Assembly: GCA_963755025.1 (NCBI GenBank)
Contig: CAVWIH010000010.1
Location: 33,370-97,369 of the forward strand
Length of the DNA: 64,000 bases
Direction: 5' to 3'
Source: an uncultured Actinomycetes bacterium
Lineage (GTDB): Bacteria > Actinomycetota > Thermoleophilia > UBA2241
Made by a program: the position numbers and the translations under genes. Positions 1 through 11,337 of the stretch are shown piece after piece (position 1 is the first letter of the stretch; every line of letters begins with the position of its first letter). A model generated the notes under the pieces. That model worked only from the letters and a program-made list of their open reading frames with translations, searched no databases and was not told the DNA's origin.

Positions 1-129
1 TCCTTGCTTGTGTCATATACTCACCTCCGTAGTATAGCTGGGCGTCCGGGCCGATAGCCTGTCGGTCCGCTTGCCCCGCGCACCAGGCAAACGCCCGTCA
101 GGGCCGGTCCGTGAAGGGGTGCGGGCAGC

Positions 130-1302
130 ATGGCCATACGCTCTCGCGAAGAGCTCACACTTGCCGATCTGTTCGCTCACACGCTGGGCAACCTGATCGC
201 CCTCACGGGCCCCGAAGAGCAGCGCGTGGCGCCCACCGCCCAGCAGATCCTCGAGGCCCCCGACGGCGAGGTCTGCATACAGCCGGCCCTGTTCCGGCTC
301 ATGCAGCTCGTGCTGCTGCCCGAGGTGCTCGGCGCCAACTCCGGCCCCATCCTCTACGTCGCCGCCAAGCGCTTCAGCGGCAGCCTCGAGCTGCAGTCCA
401 TCCAGGACCTGAAGTCGTGGTTCGCCACCATGATGCTCGGCGAGCTCGAGGTCGAGCTCGACGAAGAGAAGGTGCTGGTCAAGCTCTCGAAGTGCATGAC
501 CTGTTACCGCCTGCCGCCCACCGGCAGCGCGCTCTGCGACTTCGAGCGCGGCCTGGTCGACGGCGTGCTCGAGCACATCACCGGCGCCGAGGTGATCACC
601 AAAGAGACGTTGTGCTGGGGCCTGGGCGACACCGTCTGCCAGTTCGAGGCCTACAACACGGGCGCCGACGGCTACGTCTACACCGAAGACGGCACCCAGC
701 GCGAGGTGCAGCGCCGCCTGCTGTCCGGCATCGCCGACCAGTCCGACATCGCCCTCGAGAACCTGCAGCTGGTGGGCGACCACCGCTACGCCGAGACCCG
801 CGACGCGCTGACCGGCATGTACAACTTCCGCCATCTGCGCGAACACGCCAGCCTCGAGCTCGCCCGGGCGCGCCGCCACGACCGCAAGGTCGCCTTCGTC
901 ATGCTCGACATCGACAGCTTCGCCACCGTGAACGAAGCGGTCGGCGAGCAAGGCGGCGACGCCGTGCTGCGCCAGTGGGCCGATCAGCTCCGCGCCCTGC
1001 TGCGCGCCTGCGACCTCACCTGCCGGTACGGCGCCGACGAGTTCCTGCTCGTGCTGCCCGAGACCGGCGACGCCGAAGCCGACCAGGCCCTCGCCCGCCT
1101 GCGATCGGCGCTCGGTGAGATGGTCTGCACGGCCGACGGCCGCAGTTTCTCGCTCAGCGCCAGCGCCGGGGTGGCGACCTTCCCCGAAGACGGCGTCATC
1201 GTCGAAGAGCTGGTCGCCAAGGCGACCACGACCATGTACGTCGCCAAGTCGCGCGGCGTGGGCCAGATCGGCTTCTACTCGCCGCCCGGGCAGCCGGCTT
1301 GA
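130..1302 (+). CDS. V4R-domain diguanylate cyclase (GGDEF domain)
   Basis: Cys-rich V4R-like N-terminus (CMTC...LCDFERG...ETLCWGLGDTVCQFE). C-terminal RDALTGMYN, MLDIDSF, RACD I-site and RYGADEF signature. Confidence 0.85.
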   Translation: MAIRSREELTLADLFAHTLGNLIALTGPEEQRVAPTAQQILEAPDGEVCIQPALFRLMQLVLLPEVLGANSGPILYVAAKRFSGSLELQSIQDLKSWFATMMLGELEVELDEEKVLVKLSKCMTCYRLPPTGSALCDFERGLVDGVLEHITGAEVITKETLCWGLGDTVCQFEAYNTGADGYVYTEDGTQREVQRRLLSGIADQSDIALENLQLVGDHRYAETRDALTGMYNFRHLREHASLELARARRHDRKVAFVMLDIDSFATVNEAVGEQGGDAVLRQWADQLRALLRACDLTCRYGADEFLLVLPETGDAEADQALARLRSALGEMVCTADGRSFSLSASAGVATFPEDGVIVEELVAKATTTMYVAKSRGVGQIGFYSPPGQPA

Positions 1303-1385
1303 GTCTGGGCGGCGGGCGGGGCCGCGGGCCCTGCCACGCCGCGTTCGTTGCTCGCGCCGCGAGGCTCGTGGTAGCGTAGCCTGCC

Positions 1386-1850
1386 GTGCCCGAACGCCTC
1401 GAGATCTTAGCCGTCGGTCGCCTCGACGCCGACCTGCGGCCTGCCTTTGCGCATTACGAGCGGCTCATCGCCGGGCTTTGCCGGCTCTCGGTCCGCGAGG
1501 TGCGCGAGGTGTCGCTGCGCGGGCGCGCGGCCGGCGAGGTGCTGCGCGACGAAGGGCGGCGGCTTCTGGTGGGCCTGCCGGCCGGCGGGGTGGTGGTGGC
1601 GCTCGACGCCGCCGGCCGCGGCTACGACAGCGAAGCCTTCGCGGCGCGGCTGCAGGCGTGGTCGCAGGTCGGGCCCGTGACGTTCGTGGTGGGCGGCTCG
1701 CTGGGCATGGCCGACGACGTCAAGGCGGCCGCACACGAGCGGCTGTCGCTCTCGCCGCTGACGCTGCCCCATCAGCTCGCCCGGGTGGTGCTGGCCGAAC
1801 AGCTCTTTCGCGCGCTGAAGATCGCGCGCGGGGAGACATACCATCATTGA
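1386..1850 (+). CDS. rlmH: 23S rRNA pseudouridine-1915 N3-methyltransferase
   Basis: SPOUT motifs FVVGGSLG, LSLSPLTLPHQLARVVLAEQLFRA, and C-terminal GETYHH. Confidence 0.93.
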   Translation: MPERLEILAVGRLDADLRPAFAHYERLIAGLCRLSVREVREVSLRGRAAGEVLRDEGRRLLVGLPAGGVVVALDAAGRGYDSEAFAARLQAWSQVGPVTFVVGGSLGMADDVKAAAHERLSLSPLTLPHQLARVVLAEQLFRALKIARGETYHH

Positions 1851-1897
1851 CGTGCGCCGGACACGGCACAGGCAACTGCGACAGAGGGACGACTGAC

Positions 1898-3640
1898 ATG
1901 AGCGAGCGCGACGACCACGAGGAGCTGTACGGGCTGACCGGCCTGGGGCGGTCGCTCGGGCGAGCGCTCGCGGAGCTCGTGCCCGGCGAGCCGGCGGCGG
2001 CCGAGGTCACGCTGCCACCCAAGGCCGAGTTCGGCGACGTGTCGACCCCGGTCGCCCTGGCCGTGGCGCGCCGCGTGGGCCGTAACCCCCGCGAGCTGGC
2101 CGCCGAGCTGGGCGAGCGCTGGTGCTCCGGGGCGGGCGCGGCCGTGTGCGCTCGCTTCGAGGTCGCCGGTCCCGGCTTTCTCAACCTGTTCCTGAACGAC
2201 GCCTGGTATCGCGAGGCGACGCGGCGCATGGTGGCGCTCGGCGCCGATCACGGCCGCGACGTCGTGCCCCCCGACGAGCGTCGCAAGATCAACGTCGAGT
2301 TCGTCAGCGTCAACCCCACGGGGCCGCTGCACGTCGGCCACGCGCGCTACGCGTCGATGGGCGACGCCCTCTGCCGCCTGCTCGGCTTCGCCGGTCACCA
2401 GGTGACCCGCGAGTTCTACGTGAACGATTTCGGCACGCAGATGGTGAAGTTCGGCCAGTCGCTCACCGCGCGTTACGCGCAGCGCCTGGGGATCGACATC
2501 GAGGTGCCCGCCGACGGCTACCTCGGCGATTACCTGCTCGAGGTCGCCGACCGGCTCATCGACGAGGTCGGCGAGCGCTACCGGCCGGCAATCGCCGCGG
2601 CCGCGCCCGACCTCTCCGCCGTGCCGCCCGAGGTAGTCGACCAGATCAAGGTGTGGGGCCGCGACGCCATCCTCGGACGTTTTCGCACCACCCTGGGGAA
2701 CCTGCGGGTGCCTTTCGACGTGTGGAAGAGCGAGGCGTCGCTCTACGAGGGCGGCCCGGCTCACCGCGGCTTCGCCGGCGAGGTCGGCAAGGCGCTGCTC
2801 GAGCTGGACGACGACGGCGAGCTCTTCGACGCCGACGGCGCCGTGTGGCTGCGCACCACCGACTACGGCGACGACAAGGACCGCGTGCTGGTGCGCCAGA
2901 CGGGCGCGCCCACCTACTTCCTCTCCGACATCGCCTACCACCGCGACAAGATGGACCGCGGCTTCGATCACCTGATCGACATCTGGGGCGCCGACCACCA
3001 CGGCTACGTGCCGCGCATGAAGGCCATGTTCACCGCCCTGCCGCCGCACGACCCCGACCGGCTCGAGCTGATCATCGGCCAGCTGGTGAACCTGCTCGAA
3101 AGCGGCGTGGCGCGGCGCATGTCAAAGCGCCGCGGCGACATCGTCACGGTCGACGACCTGATCGAGGCGATCGGCGTCGACGCCGTGCGCTTCTTCATGG
3201 TCGCCCGCAGCCACGACTCGACGCTCGATCTCGACCTCGACCTGGCGGTCGAGCAGTCGAGCAAGAACCCGGTCTACTACGTGCAGTACGCCCACGCGCG
3301 CATCTGCAGCGTGCTCGCCAACCTGCCCGGAGGCGACGTGGCGTCCGACCCGGCGTCGTTCGGCGAGGTGGCTGTCGGCCCCTACGAGCGCAACCTGGTG
3401 CGCACGCTGGCGCGTTTTCCGCTGGTCGTGCTCGAGGCCGTCGAGCGCCGTGGGCCGCACCGTGTGCACGCCTACCTCGGCGAGCTCGCCGCTGAGTTCC
3501 ACGTGTTCTACCGCAACTGCCGGGTGCTCACCGACGAGCCCGAGGTGGCGGCCTTTCGCGCCGGCCTGTGCGTGGCGACCCGCACGACCCTGGCCAAGGG
3601 CCTCGAGCTGCTCGGGGTGAGCGCGCCGCAGAGCATGTGA
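1898..3640 (+). CDS. argS: Arginine--tRNA ligase
   Basis: VEFVSVNPTGPLHVGH (HIGH), GADHHGY, MSKRRG, YVQYAHARICS, C-terminal LLGVSAPQSM. Confidence 0.96.
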   Translation: MSERDDHEELYGLTGLGRSLGRALAELVPGEPAAAEVTLPPKAEFGDVSTPVALAVARRVGRNPRELAAELGERWCSGAGAAVCARFEVAGPGFLNLFLNDAWYREATRRMVALGADHGRDVVPPDERRKINVEFVSVNPTGPLHVGHARYASMGDALCRLLGFAGHQVTREFYVNDFGTQMVKFGQSLTARYAQRLGIDIEVPADGYLGDYLLEVADRLIDEVGERYRPAIAAAAPDLSAVPPEVVDQIKVWGRDAILGRFRTTLGNLRVPFDVWKSEASLYEGGPAHRGFAGEVGKALLELDDDGELFDADGAVWLRTTDYGDDKDRVLVRQTGAPTYFLSDIAYHRDKMDRGFDHLIDIWGADHHGYVPRMKAMFTALPPHDPDRLELIIGQLVNLLESGVARRMSKRRGDIVTVDDLIEAIGVDAVRFFMVARSHDSTLDLDLDLAVEQSSKNPVYYVQYAHARICSVLANLPGGDVASDPASFGEVAVGPYERNLVRTLARFPLVVLEAVERRGPHRVHAYLGELAAEFHVFYRNCRVLTDEPEVAAFRAGLCVATRTTLAKGLELLGVSAPQSM

Positions 3641-3689
3641 CGCGGGGTCGCGGCGCGCGCGGCGTGGGAGCCTGAGGCCTGACGACAGA

Positions 3690-3729
3690 CGCGGGGGGCG
3701 AGTCGCTTGTCGGCGACTCGCCCCCCGCG
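3690..3729. terminator. 17-bp GC hairpin between convergent argS and BlaI-family gene
   Basis: CGCGGGGGGCGAGTCGC-ttgtcg-GCGACTCGCCCCCCGCG is a perfect inverted repeat. Confidence 0.65.
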
Positions 3730-3761
3730 GTATCGGCGCCCTCGGGGCGCCGCCTGAGGCG

Positions 3762-4182
3762 TCAGGCGGCGAAGTGGTCTTCGGCGTACTTGCGCAGCTC
3801 CTCGGCCTGCTCGGGGTTGAGGTCGCGCTTCAGCCCGAGGAGGTGCGACAGCGCCAGGTTGGCCCGCCCGCGGAACAGGCGCTGGACGACGCTGTCGAGG
3901 ATCGTGCTGGCCACTTCGTTGCCGGGGATGGCCGGCGTGTACACGTAGGCGATCGCCGGTGCGGTCCTGCGTGAGCAGCTCTTTCTTGACCAGGTTGTTC
4001 ATGACCGTCATGACGGTCGTGTAGGCGATCTGGCGCTGCTCGCGGAGCGTCTCGTAGACGTCGCGCACGGTCGCCTGCTTGCGTTCCCAGATGATCGCCA
4101 GGATGTCGGCCTCGAGCGAGCCGATCCCGGTGAAGGGAGCACCCTTTGTGCTCTTGAGCCACTTTGGTCTGATGCGTTCCAT
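3762..4182 (-). CDS. BlaI/MecI/CopY family transcriptional regulator (apparent frameshift ~3960)
   Basis: LEADILAIIWERKQATVRDVYE...IAYTTVMTVMNNLVKK. The C-terminal part (YTPAI...) continues in the 3762..3944 frame. Confidence 0.85.
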
Positions 4183-4570
4183 GCGCCCGCCCCCTTTCGG
4201 AGCCACGTTATGCCGCCCGACGGACCACTTCCGCGAAAGCGGTAACGAAGGACCTCGTACATCACTACCATAGCCATGGAGCGGCCGCAACAATGCCGTT
4301 TACGGGTCGTTTCGTACGCCGGCGGCCGTGAGTCACTGAACGTACGCGGAGTCTTTGCGGCCAGCTCCGATCCGGACCGGGGGCGCGGTATGAATGTCCA
4401 CATGCGTAGTTTGGTCAGTCCGGATAAATCCAAACGCCCTGCGCGTCCCCGTGGGCGAGGCCTTGCCGGCGCGCGCCCTACGGCGGTTTGGTAGGATGGC
4501 CGCGGCCCCGGCGGCGGGGCTCCGGCCGCCCGTTCCGCGCGCGGCCGGCCCCAACGAGGAGGTACGTGTC

Positions 4571-5646
4571 ATGGCGCCCGACGTCGGCTTGTTGCGCGAT
4601 CTGGTCACGGCGTTCGGGCCGAGCGGCTTCGAGCAGCCTGTGCAAGAGGTCCTGCGTCGTCGGGTCGCGCCCGTCGCCGCCCCCGAGACCGACGTGCTGG
4701 GCAATGTCGTCGCCACCGTCAATCCGGGCGGCGCCCCCTCGCTCGTGGTCGCCGCCCACGCCGACCAGATCGGCTTGCAGGTGACCTGGGTCGACGAGCA
4801 CGGGTTCGTCTACTTCGACAAGCTCGGCGGCATCGATCACCTGTTGCTGGCCGGCCGGGCGGTCGTCATCCAGGGTCGCGAGGGCGCAGTCGACGGGGTG
4901 ATCGGCAAGCGGCCCACGCACCTGATCGCCGAAGCCGAGCGCGGCAAGGCCGCCGAGCTGTGCGATCACTGGATCGATATCGGCGCGCCCGACCGCGAGG
5001 CGGCGCTGGCGCGCGTCGCGGTCGGCGACCCGATCGTCTTCGCGCCGCACTTCGTCGAGCTCGCCGGCGGCATCGTCGCCGGCCGGGCGCTCGACGATCG
5101 CGCCGGCCTCTACGTGGTGGCGCGGGCGCTCGAGCTTTACGCCGGCGGCGCCCGGCGCCGCGGCGCTCACGGGCGCTCTCGACGGTCCAGGAGGAGACGC
5201 GCTACATGGGCGCGCACGTGCAGGCGCGCCGCCAGCGTCCCGACTGCATGATCGTCGTCGACGCCGAGTTCGCGACCGACCAGCCCGAGGTCGAACCGCG
5301 CCGCGCTGGGCGGCGCCGCCCTGCTCGGTGGCGGTCCGGTCCTGGGTCGCGGCGGCGCCGGCAACCCCGCGCTGCTCGCCCTGTTTCGCGAGGTGGCGGC
5401 CGCCGAGGCGACATCGCCGTGCAGATCAAAGCCTTCCCGGGCGACACGCAGACCGACAGCGAGTACCTGCAGACCGCGGGCGGCGGCGCGGCCGCCATCA
5501 ACCTGGGCCTGCCCGTGCGCTACATGCACTCGCCTCACGAGGTCGCCCACCTCGACGACCTCGAGGCGGCGGCGCACCTGGTGGCGGCGGTCGCGCGTCG
5601 CGCGGGCGAGGTCTTCGAGCCCGGTTACTTCACGCCGCGCGCCTAG
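4571..5646 (+). CDS. M42/M20 family aminopeptidase (several apparent frameshifts)
   Basis: GPSGFE, AAHADQIG, GGID, WIDIGA, RALDDRAG, STVQEE, PVRYMHSPHE motifs spread over two frames. Confidence 0.88.
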
Positions 5647-5730
5647 CGGCGCCGCCGCCGCGACCCGTCGCGCGACCCCCGGCGCGACCTTGAAGCGACG
5701 GCGTCGGGTGTGGTGTACTGTGAGCCCGGT

Positions 5731-5806
5731 GCGGATGTAGCGTAGCTGGTAACGCGTCAGCTTCCCAAGCTGAAGACCGCGGGTTCGAGTCCCGTCATCC
5801 GCTCCA
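5731..5806 (+). tRNA. tRNA-Gly (CCC)
   Basis: GCGGATG/CATCCGC acceptor stem, TCAGC-TTCCCAA-GCTGA anticodon arm, GGTTCGAGTCC T-arm, encoded CCA. Confidence 0.96.
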
Positions 5807-5886
5807 GCCTTTGCCCCACCGCCGCGGGTTCGCCTCAAGCGCCGCGCGTTCGCCTCACCGCGCGCGTTCGCCTCACCGGCCGCCCG

Positions 5887-7455
5887 TCAGGGCAGCAGGA
5901 CGCCCAGGTGAAGGCGCTTGATGAGCAGCGCGCCGGCCGTGTTGGCCACGAGCAGAGCCGCGCCGGCCGAGGCCGAGCGGGGCGCCCTTGCCGGGCGACT
6001 GGCGGGCGCCGCTCGTGATGCCGTTCTGCAGCGCGGCGAAGCCGTCGGCGGCCTGCTGTACGGCGGCGTCGATGGCCGGGTCGTCGGAAGCCGCCGCGGT
6101 CGTCGGCGTGGCGGGCGTCTGCCCGCTCGCGGCGGTGCTCACCAGGTGGCCGGCCGCGCGCCAGGCGTCGAGGTAGGGCGTGGGGTCGACCGCCGGCCCG
6201 CCGTCGGGGTGGATCTCGAAGTGCAGGTGCGGCGGCGTGCCCTTGGCGTCGCCGGTGTCGCCCACGTAGCCGATCGTCTGCCCGGCGACCACGTGCTGGC
6301 CCTGCACGAGGCCCGTGGCGAAGCGCGACAGGTGGGCGTAGTAGAAGTAGTCGCCGCGGCGACGTCGTGAGATGGATGTTGTTGCCGCCGATGGGCGTGA
6401 GGCTCATGCCGGTGATGGTGCCGTCCTGCACCGCCACGACGAGCGAGCCGTAGGTCGCGAAGATGTCGTCGCCCTGGTGTCCGCCGGGCATGTCGGCGCG
6501 GTAGGCGCCGAAGGTGTCGGTGTAGGTGTAGGTGCCGACGACCGGGAACACGGCGCCCGGAAACCGGGCGAGGATCGCCGGCGACGGCGTCGCCGGCGCC
6601 GGCATGGCGCTGTAGCTGGTCGGCCGGGTACGACGAGCCGGTCGTCGGCTGTGGTGGGCGTCGCGGTGCTCGTCGGCTGCGGGGTGGGCGTACGTCGTGT
6701 GGGCGTGGCGTGGGGGTCGGGGTCGGCGTGGGGGTGGGCGTCGGGCGTCGGCGTGCCGAGCAGCGCGTCGAGGGTCGCCTGATCGGCGCGCACGTGCGAG
6801 CGTGCCGACGGTGATCGTGGTGCCGGCCGGCAAGCCGTCGGTGGCGGCGTGAGCACGAGGGCTGAGGCCGACGACCGAGGCGCTGGCCTCGCCGCCGCCG
6901 CCCTGCGGAGAACTCCTTGAGGATGGTGAGCGTGCCCACGCCGGGCACCGTCACGGTGCCCTGGTGACGGCAGCGCGGCGTCGTCGACGCCGGCGACGTG
7001 CAGACCCGCTCACGGCGCTGCCGGCGGTGGTGGCCTGGGCGTCGCCGTCGACCACGCTGGCCGTGCCGCTCAGCTGCAGGCGAGTCGGCGGTCACGACGC
7101 CGTCGAGCAGGCTGATGCCGGTGGCCGTCACGCCGGCCTTCGAGACGAGGGTGTGGTCGACGATGAACGACGAGGCGGTCGACGTGCCGCCGGCCAGCGC
7201 GACGGCCGTCGGGCAGGTCGGCGGCGGTGGCGGTGGCGGTGTTGTCGGTCGCGGCGGCGCTGACGGCGACGGCGCCGTACGGTCTGGCCGGCCCCGTCGA
7301 CGGCGACGGCCGCCTGCGCTCCGGCGCCGGTCGAGCCGGCCGCGACGGGCAGCACGGAGAGGGCGGCGAGCAGCGCCGCGCCCTACGGCGAGCGCCAACG
7401 TCGCGCGAAGTGCGCGCCGGCGTTTCGGCAACGGCTGTCGCCTGCGGCGGCCCAT
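5887..7455 (-). CDS. Secreted M23 family peptidase with Pro/Thr linker (multiple apparent frameshifts; ends approximate)
   Basis: HQGDDIFA (HxxxD), [26 protein letters not shown] (HxH). N-terminal Arg-rich plus hydrophobic signal, PTPTPT linker, hydrophobic C-terminus. Confidence 0.8.
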
Positions 7456-7691
7456 GGCCTGCGTCGAGTATAGCATCGCGTCGGGGGGCTGTTCGGCGTG
7501 CGTCGCAGGGCTCGCCGCCGTTGACCCGGTGCGCGCCTCGGAGGGGCTCTCACCGCCGCCTCCGCGTCTGTCGCGGCCCTTGCGGCGTCCCGCCGGACTG
7601 GTAGCATGTGGACGGCCTCAGGGGGGGCGTCCGCACGCGCGACAGGCCCCCTCGCCGCGCATCCGTGCCCGACGCTCGAGGTCCGCTGACT

Positions 7692-8303
7692 GTGAGTCAC
7701 TCGACCGAAGCCATCCGCCACGAGGCGGAGCGCATGCTCAAGGCGGCCGGCGCCACCGGCGCGCCCGTCTCGCTGCGCGACGTGGTGAGCTACCTGAACC
7801 TCTCGCTGGTCGAGCGGCGTCGCGAGCCGTTCGGCTCCGAGGCGGCGCTCGTGGCGCGCGGCGACGGCCACGCCATCGAGCTGCGCGGCAGTCCGGGCGA
7901 GCGCCGCCTGCGCTTCACGATCGCCCACGAGATCGGTCATTTCGTGCTGCACCCGGGGCGCGCCATGAGCGAGCGCGGCGGAGCGACCAACCAGGTCGAC
8001 GGCCCGCCTCGAACGCGAGGCCGACCAGTTCGCCGCCGAACTGCTCATGCCCGAGCAGCTCGTGCGCCAGGCGGTGCTCGACGACGGCGGCGACGCTGCG
8101 CCGCCTGGCCGACCGCTTCGACGTCAGCGACGCAGGCCATGAGCCTGCGCCTGCGCCGCCTCGGCCTGGTCGAGCGCCGCGGCGCCGCGGCGCCGTCCCT
8201 CGCGCGACGCCTGACCTTCGCCGGCGCCGCCCAGCGGCGCGCGCCGGCGCGCGCCGTGTGCGGACGGCGCCCGAGGTGCGCGGTGTCGGCCGCGCGGGAA
8301 TAG
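7692..8303 (+). CDS. ImmA/IrrE family metallo-endopeptidase (3' end uncertain, frameshifted)
   Basis: RRLRFTIAHEIGHFVLH (HExxH). E-A-D-Q-F-A-A-E-L-L-M-P and LADRFDVS occur in adjacent frames. Confidence 0.8.
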   Translation: MSHSTEAIRHEAERMLKAAGATGAPVSLRDVVSYLNLSLVERRREPFGSEAALVARGDGHAIELRGSPGERRLRFTIAHEIGHFVLHPGRAMSERGGATNQVDGPPRTRGRPVRRRTAHARAARAPGGARRRRRRCAAWPTASTSATQAMSLRLRRLGLVERRGAAAPSLARRLTFAGAAQRRAPARAVCGRRPRCAVSAARE

Positions 8304-8398
8304 AGGGGTGCCTCGCAGGGCGCGGCGCGCCACGGTGTTCAGGCTGACGTCCCCGCTCGCGATGTGATGTACTACGGTGCCATCAGACCGGAGGCCAC

Positions 8399-9641
8399 GT
8401 GCGCGATGTCAACGTCGGCCGCAAGTTCCTGGCCGAGTACCAGAGCATCATCTTCAGGGAGTCTGCTGAGCCGAGATCAAAGAGCTCGCCGCGCCGCTGC
8501 AGGGCAAGCGCGTCCTGCACGTCAACGCCACCTCGTTCGGCGGGGGCGTGGCCGAGATCCTCTACACCCTGCTGCCGCTCATGAACGACGTCGGCCTGCA
8601 GGCCGAGTGGCAGGTCATGACGGCCGACAGCGAGTTCTTCAACGTCACGAAGAGCTTTCACAACGGCCTCCAGGGAGCGCCGGTCGAGCTCACCGACGAG
8701 GTGCGCGCGCATCTACGAAGACGTCAACCGGCGCAACGCCGCGCAGCTCACGGGCCACTACGACTTCGTCGTGATCCACGATCCGCAGCCCTGCGCCATG
8801 CGCGCCTGGGTGCCGGACGACGGCGCCGGCGACGCACTGGATCTGGCGCTGCCACATCGACACCTCGACGCCCGACCGGGCGCTCTACGACTACCTGCTG
8901 CCGTTCATCCGCCGCTACGACCGGGCGATCTACACGATGGCCTCGTACGCGCCCGACGGGCTCGGCGTGCCGCTCGAGGTCGTGCCGCCGCGCGATCGAC
9001 CCGCTGGCCCCCAAGAACATGACGCTGGTGCCCGACGACGCCCACTACATCGTGCGGCAGTTCGGCATCGACGTCGACCGGCCGCTGCTCCTGCAGGTCT
9101 CGCGCTTCGACCCCTGGAAGGACCCGCTCGGCGTGGTCGACGCCTACCGTCAGGTCAAGTCGCGCTGGCCTTCGTGCAGCTCGCGCTGATCGGCTCGATG
9201 GCCTCCGACGACCCCGAGGGCTGGGACTACCTCGAGAAGCTCCACGACTACGTGGGCGGCGATCCCGACGTCTACGTGCTCTCCAACCTCGACAACATCG
9301 GCAGCGTCGAGGTCAACGCCTTCCAGTCGCACGCCGCGGTCGTGTTGCAGAAGTCGACTCGCGAGGGCTTTGGCCTGACCGTGAGCGAGGGGCTCTGGAA
9401 GGCGCGCCCGGTGGTCGCCGGCGGCGTCGGTGGCATACCGCTGCAGATCGAAGACGGCGTCACGGGCTACCTGGTCGACTCGAGCGAGGCCTGCGCCGAG
9501 CGCTGCCTCGAGATCCTCGACCGGCCCGAGCCGGCCCACGCCATGGCCCGTCGCGGCAAAGAGCACGTGCGCGAGCACTTTCTCACGCCTCGCCTGCTGC
9601 GCGACTACCTGCGCATCTTCAACGACCTGCTGGCCGAATGA
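8399..9641 (+). CDS. treT: Trehalose synthase TreT-like GT4 glycosyltransferase (frameshifted)
   Basis: HVNATSFGGGVAEIL, TKSFHNGLQG, IHDPQP, WRCHID, QVSRFDPWKD, QKSTREGFGLTVSEGLWK. Confidence 0.8.
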
Positions 9642-9696
9642 CGCGTCGCGCTCCGGCCGCGCCGCCGGCCTGAACGATCGGCAAAGGGGGAGGGTG

Positions 9697-11337
9697 GTGA
9701 CAAGCGCAGAGTCCACGCCCGGGCGCTCCGGGCCGCCCGCCGACGGCGAGTCGCCTGTCCGCCCGGAACCGTCTGCGGGCCCCGATCCGGCCGCCCGCCC
9801 AAAGCCTTCCGCGAGCTCCGAGCCGCCCCGCCCCGATCTCATCGTGGCGGCCAACCGTGGTCCCGTGTCGTTCCACAGCGACGCCGCCGGCGAGCCGGTC
9901 GTCACGCGCGGCGCCGGCGGCCTCGTGACCGTGCTCGGCGCCATGCTGCGGCGCCATCCGGGCGTGTGGATCGCGGCCGCGGCGAGCGACGAAGAAGAGG
10001 AGCTCGCCGCGGCCGCTCAGTCGCTGCGCGTCGACCTGGACGGCGAGACCTACCAGGTGCGGTACGTGGCCCCCGAGCGCGAGGCCTACAACCAGTACTA
10101 CAACATCATCGCCAACCCCATGCTGTGGTTCATCCAGCACTACCTGTGGGACCTCGCCCGCCACCCCGACGTGCGCCAGAACGAGATCGACGCCTGGCGC
10201 GACGGCTACCTCGTGGTCAACCGCCTGTTCGGCGAGGCCATCCTCGACGAGCTCGGCGACGACGGCGCCGGTCGCGTGGTGATCGTCCACGACTACCAGC
10301 TCTACGCGGTGGCGCCGGTGGTGCGCGCCGGCGCGCCGCGCGCCTTTCTGCAGCAGTTCGTGCACATCCCCTGGGCGCAGTCCGACTACTGGAAGGTGCT
10401 GCCGCGCGACATCCGCGAACAGATCTTTCGCAGCGTGCTGGCCAACGACGTGGTCGCCTTTCACACGCAGCACTACGTCGACAACTTCCTGCAGGGCTGC
10501 GTCGACGTGCTCGACGTCACGGTCGACACGGCCGAGAAGGCGGTGCTGATCGACGACCGCACGGTCTGGGTGCGCGCCTACCCCGTCTCGATCGACCCCG
10601 AGGTGCTCGAGCAGGCCGTGCGCTCGACGCGCGTGGCGCGCGCCGAGCGCCAGCTGCTCGAGCGGCGCCGCAAGTACCTGCTGGTGCGCGTCGACCGGCT
10701 CGACCTGTCGAAGAACATCCTGCGCGGCTTTCTGGCCTTCGACCGCTTTCTCGAGCTGCACCCCGAGTTCAAGGGTCAGATCACGTTCCTGGCGCGCCTG
10801 CAGCCGTCGCGCGAAGACGTCGAGGAGTTCGTCGCCTATCGCGACCGCGTCATGCGCCTGGTGGCCGAGATCAACACGCGCCACGGCAACACCGACTGGA
10901 TGCCGATCGACGTGCGCCTCGAAGACAACTTCGCGGCCACCCTCGCCGCCTACCGCCACTACGACGCGCTCATGGTCAACGCCATCTTCGACGGCATGAA
11001 CCTGGTGGCCAAGGAGGGCGCCCTCGTCAACACCATGAACGGCGTGCTGATCCTCTCCGAGAACACCGGCGCCTTCGAGGAGATCGGCGCGCTCACGGTG
11101 GCGGTCAACCCGTTCGACATCGAAGACCAGGCGCAGGCCATCTACCGGGCGCTCACCATGCCCGAAGCCGAGAAGGCGGCGCGCGCCAAGGCCATCCGCG
11201 GCGTGGTCCTGGGCAACAGCGTCGAGAAGTGGGTGGCGGCGCAGTGGCGCGACATCGCGCGCAAGCGCGCCCTCGAGGGGCTAGAGGGTGGGCGTCACGA
11301 CAGCGCGGGCCGCGCGTCGCGCACGAGCTCGCGGTAG
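9697..11337 (+). CDS. otsA: Trehalose-6-phosphate synthase (GT20)
   Basis: ANRGP, GAGGLV, VHDYQL, FVHIPW, RVDRLDLSKNILRG, DGMNLVAKE, LILSENTGA, VNPFD. Confidence 0.9.
   Translation: MTSAESTPGRSGPPADGESPVRPEPSAGPDPAARPKPSASSEPPRPDLIVAANRGPVSFHSDAAGEPVVTRGAGGLVTVLGAMLRRHPGVWIAAAASDEEEELAAAAQSLRVDLDGETYQVRYVAPEREAYNQYYNIIANPMLWFIQHYLWDLARHPDVRQNEIDAWRDGYLVVNRLFGEAILDELGDDGAGRVVIVHDYQLYAVAPVVRAGAPRAFLQQFVHIPWAQSDYWKVLPRDIREQIFRSVLANDVVAFHTQHYVDNFLQGCVDVLDVTVDTAEKAVLIDDRTVWVRAYPVSIDPEVLEQAVRSTRVARAERQLLERRRKYLLVRVDRLDLSKNILRGFLAFDRFLELHPEFKGQITFLARLQPSREDVEEFVAYRDRVMRLVAEINTRHGNTDWMPIDVRLEDNFAATLAAYRHYDALMVNAIFDGMNLVAKEGALVNTMNGVLILSENTGAFEEIGALTVAVNPFDIEDQAQAIYRALTMPEAEKAARAKAIRGVVLGNSVEKWVAAQWRDIARKRALEGLEGGRHDSAGRASRTSSR

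Noticed and set aside
4190-4440. c-di-GMP-I riboswitch upstream of the BlaI-family gene
   Set aside because: Only a GCAAAG fragment resembles it; there is no GGCAAAC/GAAA P2 architecture.
5806-8303. Integrative element at tRNA-Gly (ImmA/IrrE gene nearby)
   Set aside because: There is no integrase, no duplicated tRNA 3' end and no compositional shift; only a short GTTCGCCTCA triplet repeat follows the tRNA.
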